A stretch of DNA of 64,000 nucleotides from Dictyostelium discoideum. Lineage: Eukaryota. The stretch lies in assembly GCA_000004695.1 (NCBI GenBank), contig CM000151.3, forward strand, positions 4,384,001-4,448,000, in the 5' to 3' direction. A model generated the notes under the pieces. It ran no database searches, had not been told where the DNA came from, and saw only the letters and a list, made by a program, of their open reading frames with translations. A program made the translations under genes and the position numbers. Of the stretch, positions 26,263 through 43,939 are shown in pieces. The first letter of the stretch is position 1, and every line of letters begins with the position of its first letter.

Positions 26263-26879
26263 TTTTATTATATTTTTAAAAATAAAATAAAATAAAATAA
26301 ATAAATTAAATTAAAAAAAAAAAAAAAAAACAAAAAACAAAAAACAATGGAAAAATGTGATCAAAAAAAAAAAAAAAAATTCGAATTGTTTTTTTTTTTT
26401 TTTTTTTTTTTTTTTGTTTTTATTTTTATTTTTATTTTTGTTTATTTATTTATTTATTTTTTGTTTATTTTTATTTTTTATTTTTATTTTTTTGTTTTTA
26501 TTTTTATTTTTATTTTTTTTTTATTTTTTTTTTTTTTTTGATAAAAACAAACTAGCAATTTTATTATTTATCTTAAAAATATAAATTAATTTATTTTTAA
26601 AAAACATTTCATTTTTATAAAAGGAAAAAAAAGAATAATTTTTTAAAAATAAAAAAATAAAAATTTATTAAAAATAGTCTTTTTAAAAATGTCATATATC
26701 TAAAAATATTACGATTAATGTGTTGTTGGGTGGTGGTTGGTGTGGTGTGGGGGTGTACTTGTTACAATAATTTTATTCATTTTTATTTAATCGTAATTAT
26801 AATGATATATCATGTTTTTTTTTTTTTAAAATCTAAATACAAAATTAGATATATTTTGTATAAATTTGGTGAAGGTTTT

Positions 26880-26932
<53 letters not shown>

Positions 26933-27502
26933 AACATAGAGATTTTTATTTTTATATAGACATTTCTTTTATTTTTAGAATAATACCAATTTATAAATTA
27001 TTGAAGATGTATGAGTTTAAATTCTTAAAGAATTAAGTAAAAAAAAAAAAAAAAAAAAAAAAACAGTTATTATTTGGGAATAAAAATGATTATTTTATTA
27101 CCAAATAATAAAAATCACTTAATTTAAAAAAATAAAACAAAAAACTAAAGTAAAAAAAAAAAGGATTGGAAAAAAAAAAAAAAAAAAAAAAAAGAACTAA
27201 TTAAGAAAAAAAAAAAAGATTAATAACGCGATGAAATTTTCATATGTTGTGATGATAATAGTGAAATGATTTTTATTTTATTTTATATTTTTTTTTTTTT
27301 TTTTTTTTTTTAAGCAAAGACCAATCTGCCTGATCATCAACATCCACTAACTCCAAAATATCTTTTGAATTTCATCACGAAATTGAATTTTTTTTTTTTT
27401 TTTATTTTTTAAAAAATCAAATTTCTTTGAAAAAATACACAAATTAATTATGTAAAAAAAAACCCTATTTTGTATGTCATAATACAAATTTCAAATAAAA
27501 AA

Positions 27503-27534
<32 letters not shown>

Positions 27535-27950
27535 AAGTATTTATTATTGTTTTGGAAATCAAATAAAATTTTTTTTTTTTTTTTTTTTAATAAAAAATAC
27601 ATTTGTTTCAATAGAAAAATTTTTGGGTATGTTCACCCCCTACACATTCCGTTTAATTTAATATTTTTTTATTTTAATTTTTTTTTTTTTAATTAATTTT
27701 TTTTTTTTTTTTTTAATAATAAATAAAAAAAAAATAATAACAAAAAAAAATAAAAAATAAAAAAAAAAAAAAAAAACATTTATTATTCACATTTATTAAA
27801 TACTTTTATTGTTAAAATTAAAAAAAATATTTTACTAATAATAATTTTATAATATATTATAAAAAAAAAAAAAAAAAAAGAAATTTAAAACCTTCACCAA
27901 ATTAATTAATAAATATATTTACATATATAAATAAAAATTAAAAAATAAAG

Positions 27951-28526
27951 ATGGAACATGGAAATTCATTGTGGGGATTAAGAGATTGTGTACCAATGTT
28001 AAAAGGTATTGCATTAATTGGTGGATCAATGTTTGCAGGTATTAGTATTTATATTCAAACTGTCGAACATCCAGCTCGTTCAACATTACCAACTGAATTT
28101 GCAGTTAATGAATGGCGTGAAAGTTTTAAAAAGGCCGCTCCATTACAATCTTCTCTTGCTGCAGTTTCTGGTATCGCTTCGTTGCTTACTTTTGGCTCCA
28201 TTGCAAAGGCATCCTGCAAGACAATCAACAAAGTAATCGTCAAAGCCACAGAAGATTCAGTTCGTCATTGTTGCCAATGTAATGGTTTAGGTTGGTTGCT
28301 AAGTGGTGGTTTAATGCTTTCCATTATTCCATTCACTTTATTAGCCATTATGCCAGTTAATAAGAAATTACAATCCAAAGAACTTGATACCTTTGCTGAT
28401 GATACTCGTCAATTATTAGCTCAATGGGGTGAATTACATTCAGTTCGTTCAGTTCTTTCACTCTCTGCGGTTGCAATTATGGGTTACAAAATCTTTAGAC
28501 ACTCCCATTTGTTAATTAAATCTTAA
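27951..28526 (+). CDS. DUF1772-like small membrane protein (four predicted TM helices) with GC content well above the local background.
   Basis: 191-aa ORF with hydrophobic helices. The C-terminal block LLAQWGELHSVRSVLSLSAVAIMG matches the DUF1772 consensus (W..LH.VR..L...A), as does PVNKKLQS (compare P[VI]NN). The coding sequence uses many G/C-ending codons (gcc gct, tcg ttg, ggc tcc, tgc aag), unlike its neighbours. Confidence 0.6.
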   Translation: MEHGNSLWGLRDCVPMLKGIALIGGSMFAGISIYIQTVEHPARSTLPTEFAVNEWRESFKKAAPLQSSLAAVSGIASLLTFGSIAKASCKTINKVIVKATEDSVRHCCQCNGLGWLLSGGLMLSIIPFTLLAIMPVNKKLQSKELDTFADDTRQLLAQWGELHSVRSVLSLSAVAIMGYKIFRHSHLLIKS

Positions 28527-28701
28527 AAACATGTTATCATTAAGATGAAATTACTTTCATAATCATTACCAATTTAAATTTTAAAATGATATTTTATAAA
28601 ATAAAAAATAAAATAAAATAATATATATAATTACAAAAATTACAAATAGAAAATAAATAAATAAATAAATAAAAAAAATTACAAAAAGTAATTTCAGTTA
28701 T

Positions 28702-28733
<32 letters not shown>

Positions 28734-28820
28734 CTTTATTTTTTTTTTTTTTTTTAAAAATGTTATAAAAAAGAAAATGATTAGATTTTATTTTATCTTT
28801 TTTTTTTTTCTAGGTTTTGT

Positions 28821-28892
<72 letters not shown>

Positions 28893-28921
28893 TTTAATTT
28901 CGGCTTTGATCAACTGGTTGC

Positions 28922-32227
<3,306 letters not shown>

Positions 32228-32300
32228 AAAAAAGAAAAACAATAAAAATAAATTAATAAATAAAATAAAATAAATAAAATACCAAACTGGTAGGTTTTAA

Positions 32301-32337
<37 letters not shown>

Positions 32338-32443
32338 TTGAATTTAATATTTTAAAATTATATCTTTATTAATCGTTCAAAAAATATATTTAAAACTTAA
32401 ATTGTTTTTTTTTTTTTTTTTTTTTTTTAAGGTTTGTGAGTGA

Positions 32444-33091
32444 TTACCAACCAGTGATTTCACCACAGTCTTGAACATTTTCTTCAGTAGCTTGGTTATG
32501 TTTACCTCTACCAGCACCACCTCTGTATTGTTCAGTTTCTTTAACATTTGAGGATTTGTATGTAACACCATCATTAACTGGAGCGGTAGTTCTGCCTGAA
32601 CCTGTACCAGTATCACCGGTAACACCACAACCTGAACCTGAACCTGAACCTGAACCACTTGATGAATGACGACCTAAATTTTTATTATTATTGTTTTCTT
32701 TTGGTTGTTCTTTGGTTGTATCTTTTTTACCACCTTCTTGAGCACGATTTTTGTGATGTGGGCAATAACCACCGCTACCACTACCGCTTCCACTTGAAAC
32801 TGGACCTTGTGTAAACATTGCTGGATCTTTTGAACCATCTTCATCATCATGTCCATAGCATGGATTTGCGCCAGTATTACCTGTACCACCACTAGCAATA
32901 GTTGGTCCTTGTGTGAATAATGCTGGATCTGCTGAATCAACTTTTACACTCTAAAAAAAAAATTTTAATATTATTATTAATTATTTATTTAATTATTTAT
33001 TTTATTTTTTTATTTTTTATTTATTTATTTATTAACTTACTAATGAAAGGGTTACTAAAAAGCAAAGAATTAAAATTAATTTTAATAACAT
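32444..33091 (-). CDS. Small secreted Gly/Ser-rich protein with repeated DPA(L/M)FTQGP motifs. Two exons, 33041..33091 and 32444..32950.
   Basis: Exon 1 is MLLKLILILCFLVTLSL (signal peptide), followed by a GTAAGT donor and a T-rich intron. Exon 2 follows the acceptor at 32951 (SVKVDSADPALFTQGP…DPAMFTQGPVSSGSGSGSGGYCPHH…GEITGW*) with several Cys. The first exon is not in the ORF track. Confidence 0.5.
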
Positions 33092-34530
33092 TTTATATAT
33101 TTAATTTATTTATTTATTTTATATATTTTATTTATTTTTTTTTTTTTTTGTTTTGGAAATGAATGTTTTAATTTGAAATTGAAAAAAACAAAAAAATTTG
33201 GATCTAATTTATAGTTTTATAATTTTACAATGGATAATTTTAATTTTATAATTTTATTGAAATTGAAAAATATAATGATATTTATTACAGTTGAGAACAA
33301 TAATTCCTTTATTCGAGAAAAAAAACAAAAAAAAAAAAAAATAAAATTAGAAAATTAAAATTTAATTATTTTTAAATTTCTAAAAAAAAAAAAGATTTTT
33401 TTAAAATATCCAGATACGCTTCATCATTAATTTTAAAAAAGCCATCACAATCTACTTTTTTTTTTTTTTTTTTTTAAAAATTAATATCAACCAAAAAATA
33501 AAAAAAAACTTCACAGGTATTCTTTTTTTTTATTTTTATTCTAATTTATTTTTTTTTATTTTTTTTTTATTCTTTTTAAAATTTTTCTTTTAATATCATA
33601 AAAAATATCCCACGTCACCAAAAAAGATTCTCAATTTCGAAAATCCTAAATAAAAAAATAAAAAAATAAAAATATTGGCAGAATAAAAAAAAAACAAACT
33701 AATTTTAATTTTTTATTGTTTTTTATTGTTTTTTATCCAAGATTTAATATAATTTTAAAATTGAAAGGTTAAGTTAAAATTTCAAAGTTATAATATTATT
33801 TTTTATTTTTTTTTTATTTTTTTTTTATTTTTTCGACAATCACCATAAAGAAAATCCAGCATTAAAATATCATTTAAAATAAAATGTAATTTAAATAGTA
33901 TTTTAATATCATTTAAATACATTTAAAATCAAATGTCATTATAATGGCAAAAAATATTTAAATTACATTACCATTAAAATGAAAATTTAAATATTCTTGC
34001 AAAATGAATTTTAACTTTAATTTTAGTGGTATTAAAATGTGATATTTTCTTTGTTGTGTTCAGAAATTTAAAAAATTGGGATTCAAAAAAAAAATAAAAA
34101 AAAAAATAAAAAAAAAAAAAATAAATAAATAAAATAATAATAAAAAAAAAAAAATAATAATAATAGTAATTAATTTAAAGATATGTTAATCAAACACCAA
34201 AAAAAATAATTATAATTAAGTCATAAAATGTTTTTTTTTTTTTTTTTTTGAATTTTATTTGAATTGCTGGTTATGGTGGTTTCAAAGATTTTTTCATATT
34301 TTTCAAAAAAATAATTGGGTAACCCACTCCCATTAAAAATTTCATCAAAAAAAACAAGCCATTTTAAAATTTTATTTTTTTTTGAATTTTTTTAATTATT
34401 TTTTTTGAAAAATGGGATTTTATTGGGTTTTTAATTTTTTTTATTTTTTTTTTTCAAGGGGTATAAAATGAAAAATTAAATCATTTTTTTTTTTTTTCTA
34501 TAGTTTTAATAAACAAATATTTAAATATAA

Positions 34531-35673
<1,143 letters not shown>

Positions 35674-35876
35674 ACAATTAAAACTAGTGATGAAAGTGCT
35701 TCTCACACAAACAAATATATTTAAATGTATAATAATAATAAAATATAATTATTTTTAATGGTTGTTGATCTTTATCCGACTATCAAAAAAAAAAAAATAT
35801 ATATATATATCTACACAATCTTTTTGTTTATTTTAGTGTTTTTTTTTTTTTTTAATTAGAGTTTTATTTTATTGTA

Positions 35877-37029
35877 TTAGTTTTTAATAATTGATATTTT
35901 TGAAAATGAGTTATGAATAATTGGTGTATAATTTCTGGAAATTGATAAAGTCTTTATCGAATGAGGTAATATTCGACCTAAAATACCAAGTGGTTGGTTA
36001 AAATCATTTCCAAAGATAAGGTTTTCAATTTCATCACCAAGTACACCAGGTAGTAATATTTGGTTGAAATCAGTACCAAATTTTAATTGTTTTAATAATT
36101 TAGGAAGGGATCTTAATTGTTGATTAAATTTTGCACCAAATGTAAGACTTGTTATTGAATCTGGTAAAGAGAAATCAATTATTGGTTGGTTGAACCAAGT
36201 TCCAAATGAAAGTGTTTGATGTTGTTAGATAAATGATTTTTTTGAATTTGTTAATTGAATTTTTCACTAAATGCTAGAGATGTAACACTTTTTGGAATTG
36301 AAGAGTTTAATAAACACATGTCGAAATCATTACCAAGTTTTAATGTTTTTACATTGGGTGGAATTGTTTCATTGTCTAATTTTTGATTAAAATAAAATCC
36401 AAATTCTAAATTTGTTACATTTGGGGGAATTATATTAAATAATGGTTGATTAATTTGATCACCCAATTTTAAAAATTCAACACTGTTGGGAATATCTCCT
36501 GGTTTTAAAATTTGGTTAAATTCATTTCCAAATTCCAATATTTTCAAAGAGGAAGGGAGTGAACCAGTTATTGGATTATTATATCCATGATTTAATGATA
36601 CACTTTCAACTGATTCTGGTATTACTCCTTTTTCCAATATATGATTGAAATCATATTCTGTAATATTTAATGTCTTACTATTATTTGGAATCACACCATG
36701 TGCAAGAGGTTGTTTTGAATTATAAATTAAAGTCCCTACTGAATGTGGAATATTACCAGGTTTTAACAGAGTATTTTCATTTTCAATATCAACCAACTCT
36801 AAACAAATAATATATTCTCTTTCTTTATATTCTAATAACTGTTCTCTTGTTAGTTTGACATATTTATTTTGTAGGTGATTTAATATTTCATTTCTTATAA
36901 CCATACATTGGAATATTTTCTTATAGAATAAATCATCACTTTTGGCAACATTCTTTTTTTCCTTACACTGAATTTGTAAAACTAATTGTAAACCAATATC
37001 ATTGTTCTCAATATTATCAATATTATCAA

Positions 37030-37107
<78 letters not shown>

Positions 37108-37447
37108 TATTATTAATATTTTTAAAATTATTATAGTTGTTAATATTATTATTATTAATAGTTATACAATGGTTGTTTTGATGTTGGGAATTATTTTTTA
37201 TATTTTTATTATAGTTATTATTGTTGATTATTGGTTGGTTTTTATTATTAATATTCCGATAATTAATATCACTATTATTATTTATAAAATTATTAATATT
37301 ATCATTGTTAATATTTATTTTCTGTTGAAATTCATTACTTTTTTTATTATCTTTATAATTAGGGTAAGTTTTATTGGTTTTTTCAGTGAAAAAATCTTTA
37401 ATAGTAATAAAAATAAACAAAAAATATAACAATAAAAGATAATCCAA
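35877..37447 (-). CDS. FNIP-repeat-containing protein. The C-terminal repeats are interrupted by an in-frame TAA and a frame change, so this may be a pseudogene or a sequence error.
   Basis: Repeated ~22-aa FNIP units occur across 36251..37447 (IP.SV..L.FG..FNQ.L.PG.IP: …IPNSVEFLKLGDQINQ…, …IPPNVTNLEFGFYFNQ…, …IPKSVTSLAFSEKFN). They continue in another frame down to a TAA at 35877 (…LSFGTWFNQPIIDFSLPDSITSLTFGAKFNQQL…ILLPGVLGDEIENLIFGNDFNQPLG…). An N-terminal hydrophobic segment and poly-Asn precede them. Confidence 0.6.
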
Positions 37448-37554
37448 TATTTATCAAATAATCTTCCATTTTCAATTCTCTTGGTGACAGTGCAAAAATA
37501 TGTATACACTGTTTATTATTATTATTGTTTTTTTTTAACCACTTGTATAAATAA

Positions 37555-37596
<42 letters not shown>

Positions 37597-37672
37597 TTTC
37601 TTTGGGAGTAAAAAAATAAATTAAATAAATAAATTATATTAAGTAAAAAAAAAAAAAAAAGATAGAATTTAT

Positions 37673-38739
37673 TTAAAAAAATAATTTTTTTAATTTTGAA
37701 AGTAATCCATTATTTTGACTTTGATTTTCATTAGTTTCATTTAATTTTGAAAGTATTCTTAATTCTTGTTTTGATAAAGATTTTCCATTTAATAATGTTA
37801 TTGAAAAATCGTTATTACCATTATTATCTATAGATAATAAGTTGAATAAAAATCTGTAGAATAAAGTTTGATTTGGATTTAAATCTATAGCTTTTAATAT
37901 TAAATCTTTTTGAGATATATTTTTATTATTACCTAAAGTGATTAGTTCATTTGGTTTCATTATAATTGCAAGATTATAATAAGTTGAATCATAATTTGGT
38001 TCTAATTCTAATAATTTAATATATAAATCCTTTTTATTTACATTTTTACCACCAACTAAAATTGATTCATCAGGTTTTAAAGATACTGCTAAATTATAAT
38101 ATGCTTCAACATTATTATTATCCAATTCAATAGCTTTACAATATAATTGTTTTTTATTTAATTTTCTACCATCTAATAAAGTTATTATAATTTCACCTTG
38201 TTGTTGTTGTTGTTCTGATTTTTGTTGTTGTTGTTTTGATAATAATAAATTTGCTAAATTATTAAATGAATAAGAAGTACTCTTTAAATTTGGATTAACA
38301 TCAATTGATTTTAAATATAGTTCAATATCAGTCATTGTTTTACCATTTAATAAAGTTATAGAATTCTCAACTGATGTATCTAATTGTTCAGCTAAATTAA
38401 AATAAGAATTTGAAGTATTTGGTTGAAGATCAATCGATTTCAAATATAATTGTCTTCTATTCATTTTTGTACCATCCGATAGAGTAACCACTTCATTTGA
38501 ACTATTTAATTGATTTGCTAAATTATGATATGGTTTTGAAAATTTTGGATCAATTTCAATCGATTTCAAATATAATTGTTTTCTTGTCATAATTGTACCA
38601 TCTAATAATTTAATTGATTTCTCATTATTCAACAAATTACCTAAATTATTATACGCTATTGAATGATTTGGATTTAAATCAATTGATCTTAAATATAAAT
38701 CTTTTTTATTTAATTTTTCACCATTTAATAATTCAATTA

Positions 38740-38820
<81 letters not shown>

Positions 38821-39142
38821 CAATTAAATAAGCTAAATTATGATAAGAGTTTGAATTTGGTTCCATATCAATTGATTTTAATAATAATTTCTTTTTATTA
38901 AATTTTTCACCATTTTTTAATTCAACAACTTCGTTATCATCTAAACAAATTGATAAATTAAAATAGGTATTATGATCAACATTTAAATTTTCATTAATCT
39001 CTTTTAAATGTAAAGTTTTATTCTTTGCACTGTTATTATTTAAAATTTGATGAATTTTATTAACTTGTTGTGTATGATTTGTAAAAAAACATTTTTGTTG
39101 TTTAATTAAAAGTTTATTAATATTTTTAGTTATTTTAAACAT
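37673..39142 (-). CDS. TPR-like repeat protein, ~490 aa. Paralog of 28922..32227. Possible mitochondrial presequence.
   Basis: Likely ATG at 39142 (MFKITKNINKLLIKQQKCFFTNHTQQVNKIHQIL). It carries 8-9 copies of the same ~35-aa unit as the upstream paralog: VTLSDGTKMNRRQLYLKSIDLQPNTSNSYFNLAEQL, IKLLDGTIMTRKQLYLKSIEIDPKFSKPYHNLANQL, ITLLDGRKLNKKQLYCKAIELDNNNVEAYYNLAVSL. It also has poly-Asn/Gln inserts. Confidence 0.6.
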
Positions 39143-39151
39143 TTTTTGATG

Positions 39152-39185
<34 letters not shown>

Positions 39186-39292
39186 AAAAAAAAAAGAAAA
39201 TGATTAAAAAATAAAAAAAAAAACAAAAAAGGATTAAATTCATTTTTGACCAAAAAATAAAAAAACAAAATTTTATTTTTGTCACTAATGTT

Positions 39293-42200
39293 TTATTTAT
39301 ATCCATTACGGTTGTTCTTTTTATGACTATTACTACTATTATTATTATTATCAGAAAATGAACCTGGAACATATGAAAAACCACCAACTACTTGAATTTC
39401 TAAATCATCAGTTGAAGAATGAAATTGAGAGGTTGATTGATCACCAAAAAAATCATCACCAAAACCATATTTATCTACATTATTGTTTCTATTATTATTA
39501 TTATTATTTTTATTATGATTATTTACATTCTTATTACCATTGTTATTATTTTTATTATTGTTTTTATTTTTATTATTATTTTTATTATAATTATTATTAT
39601 TATGATTATTATTATTGTTGTTATTACCTGGTTTTGGTTTATTTTGTTGTGATTGTGAAAATGAGTGATAGGGTTGTGGTTGTTGTAATAACTCCTGTTC
39701 TAATTGTTGATCATGTTGTAAACTTAATTGTTGTAATTGTTGTTTGAAAAACTCTGGTTGTTGTTGGTAAAACTCTGGTGGTTTATAATGATTTGGTTGT
39801 TGTTGTTGTTGTTTTTGTTGTTGTTGTGGTTGTCGTTGTTGTTGTTGTTGATATAATTGTTGTTGGTGTTGTTGTTGTTGATAATAATTATTATTTGTTG
39901 GTTTTGATTGAATAGTTTGATATGGTTTGAATTCACAAAGATCTGAACATTTTTTTAAACATTTTAGACCTTTATCATTTAATTTTGAACAAGGTTCACA
40001 ACATCTATCAAAAGGATTTAATACTCTATAACAAGGAGTTTTAACAGAATGACCACAACGTGGATGAGTTTTATCGATATCAACCTCACAACGACAAATT
40101 TTACAACATTCCAATTGACAAAGATGACCACAATCCAATTGTTTTAAACAAGGTTTGTTACAATTGAAATTATGATTAGTTTGAAGTGGATGACATTTCT
40201 TTGAGCAAGTATGACCACAATCCAATAAAAAGGCACAAGGCTTACTACAACCACCATCTTTTGCATATTGAATGAAATCTTTTTCATCACGAATATGAGT
40301 GATACCTTTTCTATGATTTTCACAAACCAATGGTAAAGTTTTACCGACTTGATTATTTTCTTCAAGTTTTGGAAACATATTTTTCCAAATTCCAGCATCC
40401 TCTCTTGATCTTTCAAGTAATTCTCTATTACCAAAAATGAATAAACCTTCTCTCGCTCTTGAAAGCATAACATTGATACGATTTGTTAATGAAAGGAAAC
40501 CTGCGACATTTCTTTCATTATTTCTAACCGAAGAAATGATGATAATATCATTCTCTTCACCTTGATATTGATCTACAGTTCTAACTAAAATACGTTGTAG
40601 TGGGTGAGTTTGACCTTGAGGTGGGACATTTGAAGAATGTTTCATTTTTTCATTGATAGCATCATTTATCTCCAAGAGTTGACCAGCGTATGGAGCTAAA
40701 ATTGTAATTCTCTCTGGTTCATAATTTTGATCCAATAGATAATTTGCAAAGCTTGTGATTAACCTAGCCTCAAAAGCATTGGATTTACTATTGATATGTG
40801 GTTCTTGAGCACGGCTTTCCCTATTAGAATGATCAAAGAAATAGACATTATAAAGAACACCACGAACAATTGATCTATAACCATCGGCTGAATTAATTCT
40901 CTCTTTTTCAACAACACTACTATGATTTTGTAAATTTGGGTAAACTGGTACAACAAATTGTGAAATACTTGGTACCATTCTACGTTGAGTTGCCAATGTT
41001 GAACATCTACCTTTATTCTCTACAATACGTTCAAAGATTGAAATATTTAAATTGAATTTAGTTAACAAAGTATGATCAGTACAAATTGGTTTCAATTGTT
41101 TATGATCACCAATTAAAATACAATGTTGAATACTTGATGGTAAACAAGCAGTGATTTGACCCTCCAATGTCAATGCACATTCTTCAATAATCAAAACTTT
41201 AATCTTTAATGATTCAAACAATTGTTTCATTCTTGAAGCACCAGTGATAGTGGCAGAGATAACTTCAGCACCTTGCAAGAGTTCTCTTTGATCATCAGAG
41301 ACTGCTTTTTTAATATTTTGAGTTTGAATATGAAATTCTTCAAAAAGTTTCTCAATTAACTCTAAACATTTTTCAACTTTAATTTTACACCAATATCTAT
41401 AGAGTTTAATTTTTTCTTTTTCTCCAAGTGAGTTAATTTTCTTTATATTCTTTTTTCTTTCACCTCTCATTGGTACATCATTATATTCTAAAAATTTCAA
41501 ACAATTACCAATTTCATTGAAATATTTCTTTGGTTGATTTCTTTTATTCTTTGAGAAGGAGAAATCACCTTTACTTTCAAATGTTTTCATCTCTTTTTTT
41601 CTTTCCAATAGTTGATTTCTAAGAATATCCTTATCGATTTTATAATTGTTTTCATTATCGATATCAATTGAATCATTGATAAATATATCATCCTCTGATT
41701 GTTCTAATTCTTGATCCTCTGAAAATTTAATTACCCTTTTCTCTGGTCTTTTAAGTTTATAATTTGATTGATGAGATAATGCATTCTCGAAATGATTCTC
41801 TTCTTTCAATTCCTTTTTAATATTTTCAATTTCACCTCTAATTGGATTAATCCAAAGTTGGTATTGTTTCTCATGTTCAAATGCTGATTCATAATCTTCT
41901 TCATCATTGGTAACTAATTGTAAATCTTCAAATCCAAATGGTTCAACTAATCTTTTTAATGAATCTCTAAGTTGCATTGTGATTTCAGAGATCTTTCTAT
42001 AGCCTTCATGAGAAAGTCCACCATATTTAATTTTGGCTTTCATTGTGTAATCTTTTAATGCTGGATCTTTTGATCTTGTACCAACTCTAATAATATTCTT
42101 TGTAATTGGTAATAGACCACTTGTAAACTGATCCAAGGCATGATTGGTATGACTAAGCACTAGAATCGGACTAGCCTCTGATCTACCGAAATCCTCTTTC

Positions 42201-43899
42201 ATTTTGTTATGTATTATATGAAACAACTTTTTACCTATAAAAGACTTACCAGTACCTGGTGGACCTTGAATTAAACTTAACGATGAACCAAGTGTTTGTT
42301 CAAGCGCTACCATTTGTGAAGGATCTAATTGACCCAATTGAGTTGGAAAACCATCTTTTATTATATCAACTTGAGATGGATCATCACCTTTGTTTGAAAG
42401 TTCAATTTCATCATTGAATATCTTTTTAAAATCAAACACTGGATTATCCTTAATATATTGTGGTGGTGTCTCAGTCTCCTTTCTATTACAATAAACCAAT
42501 GTATCCTTGAATGGTAAATTATCCTCATCAATTCTTTGCAATGATAATAAAATATTTTCATAGGATATAAAAAAGGATGGTGATTCAATCATAACATAAA
42601 TATTATCAAAAAATTCCTTATTAAATTTTAAACCATTACTATTTGAATTGCCCAAATTTATATCGTTTACACTTGGCTGTTGATATGGTGATAAACCAAC
42701 CTTTTTATGACCACCTTTTTCTTCTCTCTCTGAAACAATCATAAAATGTACCGTTTGAAAATTATCACAACTTAATGCTACTAATGATCCATTTAATAAT
42801 TTTGGAAATGTTTCCCAATCAATATTATGATGATAATCAAATGTAAATTCATAACCAATTTTAAATCCTGATGTTGTTAAACCTTTTTAAAAAAAAAAAA
42901 AATTAATTATTTAATAATTTTTATTATTATATTTATATATATATTTACCTCTAACTCTAACATTTGTATATAAATTTGGACCAATTTCACCTTTATTAAA
43001 AGATTGTAAAGCAGTACGAAATGGATTAATAATATCTTCTCTAATTAAACGAAAATGAGTTTCTAAATATTCATATGGTGAACTATAACGACCTTTTTTA
43101 ATTTTATTTAATTTGTTTTCATCTAATCTTCTTTTTAATTCACCTGGTTCTGGTACGATTGATAATTTTTTATAACATTTTGGTGTATTTGATTCATCGA
43201 ATAGTTTCTTATATCTATCGAAAAATTGATTAATATAATTGATTTTTTTTTTTTGTTTTTCTTTTTCTTTTTCATTTTCTTCATCTTCTTGAACATGTTG
43301 ATTTTGATTATTATTGGTTGGTTTCTTTTTCTTTATAATATCATTAATATTATAGTTATTATAATTACTAATTAAACTTGTGAATGAGTTTTTTAAGGTA
43401 TCAACCAACTTAAATGTATATTCTACTGAATCAATATCGAATAAATCTGAAATCTTTTCAAATATTTTAACGGCCCTTTCAAACAATTGAATTGGATGAT
43501 CATATTTTGATTTAAAGTAATTCTGAAGATTTGAATTATGGGAAACTAATGCTGATTTCATAATTTTACCATAGAATTCCATTTGTAATGGGTGATCTAA
43601 TTTCTCCAATACTGACTTGTGTGAAAAGATCTCTATAATCCACTCAATGATTTGATTGGTTAAATTGGTCTTTGAAAAAATCATTGAAAATGATGTTTTG
43701 TTTTGTTCAATTCTTTCAATTAAAATTTTACTATTCTTTTTACTTGATTTTAATTCATCATATACACTCTTTAACCCAATAAAACCATCCATCATTCCTG
43801 GATCAAAATCATTTTTATAATTATTTTGGTAACTTGTTTCAGTATCTTCTTCAAAAGTATTGTTATTTCTATCCTTATTATTTCTATCTTTATTATTTC

Positions 43900-43939
<40 letters not shown>

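Noticed and set aside
26347-27661. ORFs 26347..26584, 26718..26927 and 27470..27661 in the S28/DUF1772 intergenic region.
   Set aside because: Homopolymer and (TTTTA)n-derived Phe/Leu/Ile peptides, or very short peptides with no signals. The G-rich element inside 26718..26927 is treated as a possible regulatory site instead.
28018-28249. ORFs 28018..28236 (+) and 28055..28249 (-) nested in the DUF1772 gene.
   Set aside because: Overlapping alternative frames made possible by the locally higher GC. They have no independent support.
37169-39936. ORFs 37169..37429, 37315..37509, 38614..38901, 39130..39387, 39358..39747, 39437..39652 and 39724..39936.
   Set aside because: Antisense or alternative frames over the poly-Asn-coding (AAT)n stretches of the FNIP, TPR-like and helicase genes (poly-Y/I/N peptides).
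40144-42588. ORFs 40144..40473, 40759..40956 and 42361..42588 inside the helicase exon.
   Set aside because: Out-of-frame ORFs embedded in a long, well-supported coding exon.
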